A stretch of DNA of 53,988 nt from Bacteroidia bacterium (GTDB lineage Bacteria; Bacteroidota; Bacteroidia; UBA4408): NCBI GenBank assembly GCA_023262495.1, contig JALRAS010000006.1, forward strand, positions 1 to 53,988, in the 5' to 3' direction. Positions 40,312-49,045 of this stretch are shown piece by piece. The first letter of the stretch is position 1. Each line of letters begins with the position of its first letter. The notes beneath the pieces were generated by a model, which had not been told where the DNA came from, ran no database searches, and was given only the letters and a program-made list of their open reading frames with translations. Both the position numbers and the translations under genes were made by a program.

Positions 40312-41766
40312 ATGTTAACAGCAATACTCATTGCTTTGCCCCTAGTAGCAGGGCTTTACATCATCACCTTGGGTGGTGAGCAATCAAAACGGATTGCTTT
40401 AGGTGCTTCATTGGCAGAATTGGCAATAGCAATTTTCATGTTGTCTCAGTTCCAAATTAATGCAGAAAGTCAGTTTGTATGCAACGTTCCTTGGATACCA
40501 AGTTTGGGTATCAATTTTTATGTGGCAGTGGATGGAATTTCTATGTTAATGATTTTGCTCACTACCGTTTTAACACCGCTCATTGTGTACTCTTCATTCG
40601 GACACAACTATTCCAAACCGCACAACTTTTATGGCTTAATGTTGCTTATGCAGATGGCTTTGATAGGGGTTTTCACAGCGCTCGATGGATTTTTATTCTA
40701 TATCTTCTGGGAGTTGGCACTCATACCTATTTACTTTATTTGCTTGTTATGGGGTGGCGAGGGTAGAGCCAAAGTTACGTTTAAGTTTTTCCTTTACACC
40801 ATGGTGGGAAGTTTGTTCATGCTTGTGGCACTTATCTATTTGTATCAACAAACTCCGGGAACACATTCATTCTCCATTGATGCACTTTATGCGGCAGGAC
40901 AGGCATTAGACTTAAATGCACAGCGTGCAATATTTTGGGGTATGTTTTTAGCATTTGCTATTAAAATGCCGATTTTCCCTTTGCATACATGGCAGCCCGA
41001 TACTTATGTGGTAGCGCCTACGCAGGGTACCATGCTACTATCAGGAATTATGTTGAAGATGGGTATTTATGGAGCTATCAGATGGTTACTCCCTATTGTT
41101 CCGGATGGTGTTGCGGCTTATGCCAATTTGGCCATGGTGTTGGCAATCATCGGCATTATATATGCCTCGCTAATTGCTTGGGTGCAAAGCGATATGAAAC
41201 GACTTATTGCTTATTCCTCCATTGCGCACGTAGGTCTTATTGCCGCTGGTGTATTCAGTCTCAATGAGCAGGGTTTATCAGGTGCGGTGTATCAAATGCT
41301 AAGTCACGGAATCAATGTTTTTGCCTTGTTCTTTATTGCAGATATGATTGAAAAAAGAACCTCCACACGCCTACTCGGAAACTTAGGCGGTGTGAGATCA
41401 ATAGCGCCTAAATTTGCTACCTTTTTTATGGTCATTATGATGGGAAGTGTGGCGCTTCCGCTCACCAACGGATTTCCGGGTGAGTTTTTATCGCTCAACG
41501 GGGTATATCAAGTTAGTGGAATGTATGCGCTTTTTGCAGGAATAACAATCATTTTAGGTGCTGTATACATGTTGAGTGCCTACCAAAAATCAATGTTAGG
41601 TGAGGTAAGCACAGCTACCGAAAAATTTGAAGAAGCAAAAAATCACGAAACACATATTCTATGGATTTGTGCAGCTTTGGTTATTTTGATGGGTGTTTTC
41701 CCAAAACCTCTGTTTGACATTGCAGAGCCGGCAATTCAGCAACTGTTGACAATGGTTAAACAATAA
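40312..41766 (+). CDS. nuoM: NADH-quinone oxidoreductase subunit M
   Basis: 484 aa. Motifs FWE..LIP.YF.I..WGG, K.P.FP.HTW.PD.. and LIAYSSI.H.G. Confidence 0.96.
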   Translation: MLTAILIALPLVAGLYIITLGGEQSKRIALGASLAELAIAIFMLSQFQINAESQFVCNVPWIPSLGINFYVAVDGISMLMILLTTVLTPLIVYSSFGHNYSKPHNFYGLMLLMQMALIGVFTALDGFLFYIFWELALIPIYFICLLWGGEGRAKVTFKFFLYTMVGSLFMLVALIYLYQQTPGTHSFSIDALYAAGQALDLNAQRAIFWGMFLAFAIKMPIFPLHTWQPDTYVVAPTQGTMLLSGIMLKMGIYGAIRWLLPIVPDGVAAYANLAMVLAIIGIIYASLIAWVQSDMKRLIAYSSIAHVGLIAAGVFSLNEQGLSGAVYQMLSHGINVFALFFIADMIEKRTSTRLLGNLGGVRSIAPKFATFFMVIMMGSVALPLTNGFPGEFLSLNGVYQVSGMYALFAGITIILGAVYMLSAYQKSMLGEVSTATEKFEEAKNHETHILWICAALVILMGVFPKPLFDIAEPAIQQLLTMVKQ

Positions 41767-41819
41767 GATAGGCTGTTTGAAGAAATAAGAATAACAATCC
41801 AAACCGTTAAATTAAAGAA

Positions 41820-43199
41820 ATGAAGTCATTATTACTCTTGTCAGGTTTAGGTATAGGAGCCATGTTAGCAGAGCTTTTTAATTTTAAGAAGTTGCTCTTT
41901 CCGCTTGTTTGCCTTGGGCTATTGGCAGCTATAGGTGTTTCGGTTTACGACTGGAATACTGATATACGATTATTCAACAATATGCTGCGTTTAGATAATT
42001 ACGCGCTTGTATTTACTGCATCAATGTCGTTTATTACTTTGTTGTGGTTGCTTGGAGCAAATGATTACATTGAACATGAAACACACGTTTCCGACAAATA
42101 TGCACTTACACTCTTTACCCTTGTTGGCGCATTTGTAATGGTAAGTTATAACAATCTTACAATGCTTTTCATTGGTATTGAAATATTAAGTCTTTCCATG
42201 TATGTATTAGCAGGCAGTAAGAAAAATGATTTGTTTAGCAATGAGGCTGCCTTGAAATACTTTTTAATGGGTTCTTTTGCAACAGGTTTTTTGTTGTTTG
42301 GTGTGGCACTTATTTATGGTGTGACAGGGTCCTTCCATGTTGAGGCCATAGGCGATTACTGCCTTGCAAATGCCGGAAACCTCCCAACGATGTTTATTAC
42401 CGCTATTGTATTAATGATGATTGGAATGGCCTTTAAAGTATCGGCTACGCCTTTTCATTTTTGGGCGCCCGATGTGTATACCGGTGCTCCAAGCATGGTC
42501 ACCGCATACATGGCTACAGTTGTTAAAACAGCCGCTGTGGTGGCATTTGCCAGGTTGTTTTATAATGCATTTGGTCATGCGCCTGTAGTATGGCAAATTG
42601 CAATTTCACTGATGGCAGTATTAACCATGTTTGTTGGAAATGTAACAGCTGTGTTTCAACAAAACGTAAAACGTATGCTTGCTTACTCAAGTGTAGCACA
42701 TGCAGGTTACTTATTAATTGCTTTAGTTGCTATGAGCAAGTTATCCGGTGGCGCAATATTTTATTACACATTAAGTTACTCACTAGCATCGTTGTTAGCT
42801 TTTCATATCTTGTTTACAGTTTCGGGAAACAAAAACGAAGGTGCCGATATCAGTGCTTTTAATGGACTTGCTAAAAGAAATCCCTTGATGGCATTTGGTA
42901 TCACTGTTGCTATGCTATCCTTAGCAGGTATACCACCTTTAGCAGGATTTTTTGGGAAGTACTACATCTTCAACGCTGCTATCGAAGCAGGCCGATACAA
43001 GCTTGTGATCTTAGCGGTGATTGCATCTTTAATAAGTGTTTATTACTATTTTAAAGTAATTATTGCTGTGTATTTCAAACAATCAAACGAAGCTGCCATT
43101 GAGCTTAATGGCTTGCACAAATTGCTTTATTTGATATGTGTGATTTTGTTGTTTGTATTGGCTATAATTCCTGAGCTGATTGTAAGCATGTTGAAGTAA
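41820..43199 (+). CDS. nuoN: NADH-quinone oxidoreductase subunit N
   Basis: 459 aa. Motifs G.E..S...Y.L, K....PFHFW.PDVY.GAP and MLAYSS.AH.GY. Confidence 0.95.
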   Translation: MKSLLLLSGLGIGAMLAELFNFKKLLFPLVCLGLLAAIGVSVYDWNTDIRLFNNMLRLDNYALVFTASMSFITLLWLLGANDYIEHETHVSDKYALTLFTLVGAFVMVSYNNLTMLFIGIEILSLSMYVLAGSKKNDLFSNEAALKYFLMGSFATGFLLFGVALIYGVTGSFHVEAIGDYCLANAGNLPTMFITAIVLMMIGMAFKVSATPFHFWAPDVYTGAPSMVTAYMATVVKTAAVVAFARLFYNAFGHAPVVWQIAISLMAVLTMFVGNVTAVFQQNVKRMLAYSSVAHAGYLLIALVAMSKLSGGAIFYYTLSYSLASLLAFHILFTVSGNKNEGADISAFNGLAKRNPLMAFGITVAMLSLAGIPPLAGFFGKYYIFNAAIEAGRYKLVILAVIASLISVYYYFKVIIAVYFKQSNEAAIELNGLHKLLYLICVILLFVLAIIPELIVSMLK

Positions 43200-43220
43200 G
43201 CGCGTATGCTTACTTTTTTT
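43195..43220 (+). terminator. Rho-independent terminator overlapping the nuoN stop codon
   Basis: Perfect 7-bp stem agtaagc (43195-43201) / gcttact (43208-43214), 6-nt loop, then T6 (43215-43220). Confidence 0.65.
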
Positions 43221-43307
43221 CTTAGCTTTGATATTGCATTGTGCAGCTGATCAAGCAATCATAACCTGACTTAGTTTTATTAAATTTGTTATTGCATTTT
43301 GTTTAAA

Positions 43308-45371
43308 ATGATAAAATATTTACTGCTTGTAGGCCTATTAATTTCCAGTAATTGCCAAGCACAGCAATTAAATTTTTATTTTGGAAATATGCATGCCCAT
43401 ACTTCCTATTCTGATGGCAATAAGGATAGTGCAACTTCAGGTATGACAACCCCTTTGCAAGCATTTAACTATGCAAAACAATCAACTCAAATAGATTTTT
43501 ATGGCATTTCTGAACACAATCATTATAGTGCCGGCATGCCTGCCCCTGTATATTATCAAAAAGGGTTAGATGATGCTGATGCAGCAAACGTTGACGGGCA
43601 GTTTGTGGCTTTGTATGGAATGGAGTGGGGCGTAATTTCAAGTGGTGGTCATTTATTGGTGTATGGTTTCGACTCGCTTTGTGGTTGGGATTTTGGACCT
43701 CAAGAAATTTTTGTAAATGAAGCCGACTACAATAAACTTTACCAAACCATTAACAGAAAAACGGGCAGCTTTGCCTATTTGGCGCATCCTCAGTATGACG
43801 ATTACAATAACTTGTTTAACCAACCGTATAACCCTGTTGCCAATGAAGCTATTGTTGGGATGGCTATGCGCAGCGGTCCTGCATTTTCCACCAACAGCTC
43901 TTATTCCAACCCCTCTTCATCCAATTTTTTAAGCAGGTATAACGATGCCCTGCGCAGAGGATATCATGTAGCACCCGGTATTGATCATGACACCCATAAT
44001 TCTGTATTTGGAAGACAAAGTGCCGGCAGGTTGGTGCTGCAAGCTCCATTGCTAAATCGTGCTGAAATATATAACGCTTTCAGAAAAAGAAGATTTTATG
44101 CCTCCGATGATTGGAATACCGAGGTTGATTTTAGGATTTTAAACGAGCCAATGGGAAGTATCATCACGCATGCGGGTAATCCTAGCATACAGGTTAGTAT
44201 TAATGATCCTGATGGAGAGAGTACTGCAAGCATTGCTGTTTTTTCGGGGATTGCAGGAAGTGGAAATGCACCTACGCAACTCACTGTGGTAAATAACACC
44301 AATTCCTTAACATTCACACATAACGTAATGGGCAATACGCCTTATTATTATTACTTATACATTGTGCAAGCTGATGGCAATAAAATATGGACCTCACCAA
44401 TATGGTATACCAAAGATGATAACCTCGTGGTGCAAACTCCTAATGCTGATTTTGACACCTCAATTACGATTTGCAGCAATAATCCCGTGGTACTTCATGA
44501 TAATTCTTCCAATACGCCAACATCATGGTGGTGGACCGCAAACGGTGCCTATCCTATCAATTCTTCCTTGCAAAATCCGACATTTAATTTCGCCAATCCT
44601 GGTACCTATCAGGTAAAGTTGATTGCCACTAACACTGCCGGAAGTGATAGCATCATCAAAACAATTGTGGTGCAAAGTTCTCCTACGGTTCAAATAGCTT
44701 CGGTTGATAGTATTTGTAAAGGCAGCAGTGTAACACTATTGGCCACAGGTGCCAACAACTATGTTTGGAGCAATGGTGCCACAGATGTAATTAATGCTGT
44801 TAATCCTAATACAACAACAAGCTATACTGTAAGCGGTTGGCAAGCGGGTTGTTATGATACTGCAAAGGTTATTGTGAAGGTTTTTCAAAATTTACAAACA
44901 CCTGTGATTACCAACAATGCAGGTACACTTGTATCAAGTTACGCCAACGGTAATCAATGGTACTATTACAATTCAATAATCTCGGGCGCTACATCGCAGC
45001 AATTTTTACCAAGCACAACAGGGATTTATCAAGTACAGGTGAGCGATAGTATGGGCTGTAAATCTGAATTTTCGCTCCCTCAAGCAATTGTTTCAGCCAT
45101 AGCAGAAAACGATTTCGAAATCAGAAACGCATATAAAGTTTATCCCAATCCAAGCCAAGGAATTATACATATCAATAGTGAGGCCACACATTTAAATGTA
45201 AGATGCAAAATACTCAGCATGAATGGTTACAAGGTTCACGAGCAACTGTTTGCCGAATGCAGTTTCAGCAGGCCCTTAACTTTAAATTTATCCCATTTAA
45301 GTAAAGGTGGGTATGTGATTAAATTTGAAACCGATTTGGGAGTTTATGAAACCAAATTGCAATTGGAGTGA
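43308..45371 (+). CDS. Secreted PHP-domain (CehA/McbA-like metallo-phosphoesterase) protein with PKD-like domain(s) and T9SS C-terminal sorting domain
   Basis: The ORF is open from TTG 43299. ATG 43308 gives the signal peptide MIKYLLLVGLLISSNCQAQ. PHP metal motifs GNMHAHTSYSDG, ISEHNH and YLAHP. PKD-like segment FNFANPGTYQVKLIATNTAGSD. The C-terminal tail ...YKVYPNPSQGIIHINSE...GGYVIKFETD...KLQLE is typical of Por/T9SS CTDs. A candidate -7 box TAAATTTG lies at 43281-43288. Confidence 0.8.
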   Translation: MIKYLLLVGLLISSNCQAQQLNFYFGNMHAHTSYSDGNKDSATSGMTTPLQAFNYAKQSTQIDFYGISEHNHYSAGMPAPVYYQKGLDDADAANVDGQFVALYGMEWGVISSGGHLLVYGFDSLCGWDFGPQEIFVNEADYNKLYQTINRKTGSFAYLAHPQYDDYNNLFNQPYNPVANEAIVGMAMRSGPAFSTNSSYSNPSSSNFLSRYNDALRRGYHVAPGIDHDTHNSVFGRQSAGRLVLQAPLLNRAEIYNAFRKRRFYASDDWNTEVDFRILNEPMGSIITHAGNPSIQVSINDPDGESTASIAVFSGIAGSGNAPTQLTVVNNTNSLTFTHNVMGNTPYYYYLYIVQADGNKIWTSPIWYTKDDNLVVQTPNADFDTSITICSNNPVVLHDNSSNTPTSWWWTANGAYPINSSLQNPTFNFANPGTYQVKLIATNTAGSDSIIKTIVVQSSPTVQIASVDSICKGSSVTLLATGANNYVWSNGATDVINAVNPNTTTSYTVSGWQAGCYDTAKVIVKVFQNLQTPVITNNAGTLVSSYANGNQWYYYNSIISGATSQQFLPSTTGIYQVQVSDSMGCKSEFSLPQAIVSAIAENDFEIRNAYKVYPNPSQGIIHINSEATHLNVRCKILSMNGYKVHEQLFAECSFSRPLTLNLSHLSKGGYVIKFETDLGVYETKLQLE

Positions 45372-45400
45372 TTGTTATGGCATACTATTCAATTTGCACA

Positions 45401-45431
45401 CAAACAGCATGCAATAATTGAATGCTGTTTG
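45401..45431. terminator. Bidirectional stem-loop between convergent genes
   Basis: Perfect 10-bp inverted repeat caaacagcat (45401-45410) / atgctgtttg (45422-45431) with an 11-nt loop. It lies in the 93-nt gap between the ends of the + strand gene (stop 45371) and the - strand gene (stop 45465). Confidence 0.6.
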
Positions 45432-45464
45432 TATGCAAAAGTTTACTTGTTTGAAATGATTGAT

Positions 45465-45959
45465 TTATCTGAGATAAATCTTTTTTGAAATCACATTGCT
45501 AGAGTCGAGATTTTTATAGGAATATGCCTTGAAACGAAGGTCATAATATCCAATTCCGTTCATCAAAGTTAGCTTCACGGGTATAAATAATTTGTCTGAG
45601 TATGGGTCAATAAAGTCGATGTTATTTTTCTTCCATGGGCTTATGCCTACTGAGTACCTAACATTTACAATACTACCACTACCACTCGAAATAATTTTTA
45701 AAGAATCTTCAATCTGATACATCAGCTTTTCAAACTCAAAGACACCTTGTTCTACGACCAAATTGCATGTCAAATTAATTTGGTTTTTATCTTTGATATA
45801 AAACGTATCTGTGAGGTTGCTGATTGTACTTTCATTGAAATACAACTCAATTCTATTGCGCTCTCGTGAGGCATTGAAAATACTTTTGTTTTTGCTGCAT
45901 GCCATTAGCATTATCGTTAATGATAAAAAATATAGCATGTTTTGATTTGAAGTTTTCAT
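45465..45959 (-). CDS. Hypothetical lipoprotein (164 aa), last gene of the minus-strand cassette
   Basis: The N-terminus MKTSNQNMLYFLSLTIMLMAC carries a lipobox. The start lies 11 nt downstream of the preceding gene. No recognisable family. Confidence 0.6.
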   Translation of the reverse strand: MKTSNQNMLYFLSLTIMLMACSKNKSIFNASRERNRIELYFNESTISNLTDTFYIKDKNQINLTCNLVVEQGVFEFEKLMYQIEDSLKIISSGSGSIVNVRYSVGISPWKKNNIDFIDPYSDKLFIPVKLTLMNGIGYYDLRFKAYSYKNLDSSNVISKKIYLR

Positions 45960-45970
45960 GATTTCAATAT

Positions 45971-47506
45971 TTAAAATTTAACAATATCTGCTCTAAAGCC
46001 AAGATTTGAAACAAGTTGTCCACCGGTTAGGCCGGGAACCGGCCTCCCCAGGCCTTTACCATTGAAACTAATACCATAGTTTGGTAATATTACACCATTG
46101 AAAAACATGGTAATTCGCTGAATTTTTACATTGAAACCTGCGTATAATCCAATATAACCAACGCGTGGACTACCAAGGAATTTTTCCAGTAGAATTTTAC
46201 TTTGTCTTAAGTTTCCTAGGATTGTTCTGCTACAAATGCCCACATCTGTTGATATTCTCACACCTTCATTAACATTGCTGCGGTCTTTGGCAATAGTTAT
46301 CCAATCATAAGTAAGACCAAAGTCTACTGCAAGAGGTATTACTCTTACGGGTTGATTTTTATTGATTAGGCTCGAATCATTCCCGTTGTACAACCATTGC
46401 ACTTGGGTGACGTTAATTGAAAAACTACTACCTATGTTAGCGAAAAAAGTTCTCGCTGCCTTATTGAATACATGGTATTTTCGATAGTTAGTGAGTAGTG
46501 AAAATTTTCTGATACCGGGCACTAAAATTGAACTTCCGAATACATTTCGGTCAGCGCTCTTAATGATATCGTCACTCTGTGAAAAGGTTATATCTGCATC
46601 AAAATCAAATAAATTTGCCTTTACCGCATGTATACCCAAAGAGGTGACATTACTTTTTATCGAATCGTTATTCAGCGATTTATTCAAGAAAGAGATAGCG
46701 CTGCCACTTAAGAAAATACTTGGTTTTGATTTCTCGCGAAGTATGTCTTTTGACTCTCTGTTCAACTTCTGCAATTGCGCCCTATAATCGACTTTTTTCT
46801 GCTTGTAATTTTTGCTCCAATTGGTTCGATTATCCTTTCTTCTTTGATTTCTTCTATTCCGTGTTGATAGTAAAAGCACTTCTGATTTTCTATAACTTTT
46901 TTTTCTAATACTGTCAGAGAGATTATCCTTTCTTATAGATAGCAAAAGCACATTTTGTTTACCATAACTTTTTTTTCTAGTACTGTCTGAGAGATCATCC
47001 ATTCTTCTGCAATTTAAAAGCATTTTTGGTTTATTGTAAATTATTTTTCTAATACTATCTGAAAGGTCATCTGCTTGCTTTCTTTTATCATGGTAGGCAT
47101 CAAAATCTATATTACTCATGCCCCAATCAGCTGCTGTATTGTCGTTCATCAGTTCTTTAATTTCTGCATTGAAGGTCTTTAAAGCCTGCTGTGATTGCAT
47201 CTTGAATTCTGAACTTTTAATTAAGGTATCGATTTTGATACTGTTCTTATTTTCCCGATGATTGGCAATGATATTAGCCATCTTCAAACAGAATAAACTT
47301 TCATTCACAGTATATAATGTATCATAATTCATAGTCTGACTAGAGGTGTAGCTGAATACTATACCGGCCGGTTCAATATGCGTTAACTTTACTCCAAAAA
47401 TTTGATTTTTATAAGCAATATTTACGCTTTTGCTTATTGACATTGTTTGTGCACTTGCATCAATAAATGACACACATAAACTAATAATGAGAATCAGTTT
47501 TTTCAT
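45971..47506 (-). CDS. Hypothetical secreted protein: N-terminal domain, 3x 24-aa basic tandem repeats, C-terminal beta-barrel-like domain ending in Phe
   Basis: The ORF is open to 47584, but ATG 47506 gives a clean signal peptide MKKLILIISLCVSFIDASAQ. The C-terminal 270 aa or so alternate hydrophobic and polar residues and end ...LGFRADIVKF, a terminal aromatic as in OM beta-barrels. No recognisable family. Confidence 0.65.
   Translation of the reverse strand: MKKLILIISLCVSFIDASAQTMSISKSVNIAYKNQIFGVKLTHIEPAGIVFSYTSSQTMNYDTLYTVNESLFCLKMANIIANHRENKNSIKIDTLIKSSEFKMQSQQALKTFNAEIKELMNDNTAADWGMSNIDFDAYHDKRKQADDLSDSIRKIIYNKPKMLLNCRRMDDLSDSTRKKSYGKQNVLLLSIRKDNLSDSIRKKSYRKSEVLLLSTRNRRNQRRKDNRTNWSKNYKQKKVDYRAQLQKLNRESKDILREKSKPSIFLSGSAISFLNKSLNNDSIKSNVTSLGIHAVKANLFDFDADITFSQSDDIIKSADRNVFGSSILVPGIRKFSLLTNYRKYHVFNKAARTFFANIGSSFSINVTQVQWLYNGNDSSLINKNQPVRVIPLAVDFGLTYDWITIAKDRSNVNEGVRISTDVGICSRTILGNLRQSKILLEKFLGSPRVGYIGLYAGFNVKIQRITMFFNGVILPNYGISFNGKGLGRPVPGLTGGQLVSNLGFRADIVKF
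46856..47071 (-). repeat. Three tandem 72-nt (24-aa) coding repeats inside the 45971-47506 gene
   Basis: Protein repeats: DDLSDSIRKIIYNKPKMLLNCRRM / DDLSDSTRKKSYGKQNVLLLSIRK / DNLSDSIRKKSYRKSEVLLLSTRN. The DNA cores tttttcta[a/g]tact[g/a]tc[a/t]ga[g/a]ag recur at a spacing of about 72 nt. Confidence 0.8.
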
Positions 47507-47573
47507 GAGTTCTTTGATTTTAGTTTCCCTACTTCTTTTCTTCAGCTTTTCGGTTGCGCTGATTTGTTGGTCA

Positions 47574-47882
47574 TCACCCAACAATTTTTACAATTTGAGA
47601 CTTCGTTTCACCATTGCCATAGTTTATTTTTACATTGGTAAAATGTTTTGTATTAGTGTTGTTCAATTTGTAGATAAATGTTTTCCGATGATCCTGCATG
47701 GGCCCATTTCCTTGCTTCAATTTAATTTCCAATAAAAGCATGGTTTCAATGTAGGATGTATCTGAAGATACTTCAATAATCAGCTCATCATCGGGGCGCT
47801 CAGTGGTAATTGATCCTTCTACAATCAGTTCATTGGGTTCCGACTTAAGATTAAATTTTGCCTCAAAACTAAGGTTCTTCAT
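47574..47882 (-). CDS. Small hypothetical protein (about 102 aa), first gene of the minus-strand cassette
   Basis: The ORF is open to 47999, but the first 39 codons look non-protein-like. ATG 47882 gives MKNLSFEAKFNLKSEPNELIVEG... There is no signal peptide and no recognisable family. Confidence 0.5.
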   Translation of the reverse strand: MKNLSFEAKFNLKSEPNELIVEGSITTERPDDELIIEVSSDTSYIETMLLLEIKLKQGNGPMQDHRKTFIYKLNNTNTKHFTNVKINYGNGETKSQIVKIVG

Positions 47883-48010
47883 AGTGTGATATAAAAGATA
47901 ATGTTTGTTATTTATGTTATTGAGTAGACTCAATAGATTGAAGGTCATCATCGCAATTGTTTTTGAGTTTCGATGGCAAATGTCTCTATCCTTAATCAAT
48001 AGTAATTGTT

Positions 48011-48069
48011 AAATTGAGTAGTAGGAGGACTTGATTGAGAATTTGGTAGATATGAGAGGGAATTCGGTT
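48011..48069. repeat. Direct repeat copy A in the rsmI/cassette intergenic region
   Basis: aaattgagtagtaggaggacttgattgagaatttggtagatatgagagggaattcggtt aligns ungapped with 48241-48299. By hand count 40 of 60 positions are identical, with identical blocks aaattgagta, atttgg and ggaattcgg. Confidence 0.6.
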
Positions 48070-48240
48070 TAGCTTTTATTGCCCTTTGCGCAAATGTCTT
48101 TTCGCCCCTTTACGGAAAGAAAATACCAATTGTACTTTCAATTTAGCCCAATTGTAGTATAGCCATTAACCTGCTGTAGAGATTTCGAATTTACTAATGT
48201 TGAAGTGGGGGGAATTCAATCGCAAAAAGAATCACTACAG

Positions 48241-48299
48241 AAATTGAGTATTAGGATAGGTGCTATGAGTATTTGGCGGAAATCATCCGGAATTCGGCA
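48241..48299. repeat. Direct repeat copy B in the rsmI/cassette intergenic region
   Basis: aaattgagtattaggataggtgctatgagtatttggcggaaatcatccggaattcggca lies exactly 230 nt downstream of copy A. A third ggggaattc motif is at 48216-48224. Confidence 0.6.
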
Positions 48300-48347
48300 A
48301 ACTAAAATTTGAAGTTGTTAAGATGAATGTAAGTTCAAAAATTGCCT

Positions 48348-49040
48348 CTATTCCTCTTCGACTACTTTCGAAGTGCCCATTCCTTCCACCACAATTACGA
48401 TTTCTCCTTTGATAGTTTGCGTACCGTAATATTGTAATAGTTGCTCTATGCTTCCTCTTCTGTTCTCCTCGTAAAGCTTTGTTATTTCTCGACTCACAGA
48501 GGCCTTTCTATCAGAGCCAAAGACTTCCTTAAATTGTGTTAGTGTTTTAATTAATCGATGAGGAGACTCATAAAAAACCATGGTCCTTTTTTCTTCCTTT
48601 AAACTTTCCAATCGTGTTTGCCTGCCTTTTTTAACAGGCAAAAATCCTTCGAAACAAAATCTTTCGCAAGGCAATCCTGAGTTTACAAGTGCAGGAACAA
48701 AGGCCGTGGCACCCGGTAAGGAACATACTTCAATACCTGCTTGAACGCAAGCTCTTACAAGTAAAAATCCGGGATCTGAAATGCCCGGGGTGCCGGCATC
48801 GGTAACCAAGGCCAATTGCTCACCATGTTGCAGCCGTTGGCAAATGCTTTCTAGTACCTTATGTTCATTGTGTGCATGAAATGAAATCAATCTTTTTTCA
48901 ATATTCAAGTGCTTAAGCAATTGCCCACTTTTTCTTGTATCTTCGGCTATTACTGCATCTACTTGTTGAAGTATTTCGATTGCCCTGAGTGTAATGTCTT
49001 TCAGGTTACCTATAGGGGTGGGAACAAGATAAAGCATCAA
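48348..49040 (-). CDS. rsmI: 16S rRNA (cytidine1402-2'-O)-methyltransferase
   Basis: 230 aa. LYLV.TPIGNL.DITLRA...L...D.I.AEDTR and DAGTPGISDPG are typical of the RsmI tetrapyrrole-methylase fold. Confidence 0.93.
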   Translation of the reverse strand: MMLYLVPTPIGNLKDITLRAIEILQQVDAVIAEDTRKSGQLLKHLNIEKRLISFHAHNEHKVLESICQRLQHGEQLALVTDAGTPGISDPGFLLVRACVQAGIEVCSLPGATAFVPALVNSGLPCERFCFEGFLPVKKGRQTRLESLKEEKRTMVFYESPHRLIKTLTQFKEVFGSDRKASVSREITKLYEENRRGSIEQLLQYYGTQTIKGEIVIVVEGMGTSKVVEEE

Positions 49041-49045
49041 ACAAG

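Noticed and set aside
40479-41267. Three 74-95 aa + strand ORFs in alternative frames inside nuoM, with similar ones inside nuoJ (37475-37753), nuoL and nuoN
   Set aside because: They are fully nested in strongly supported membrane-subunit genes. Their compositions are Cys/Trp/Arg-rich and typical of off-frame translation.
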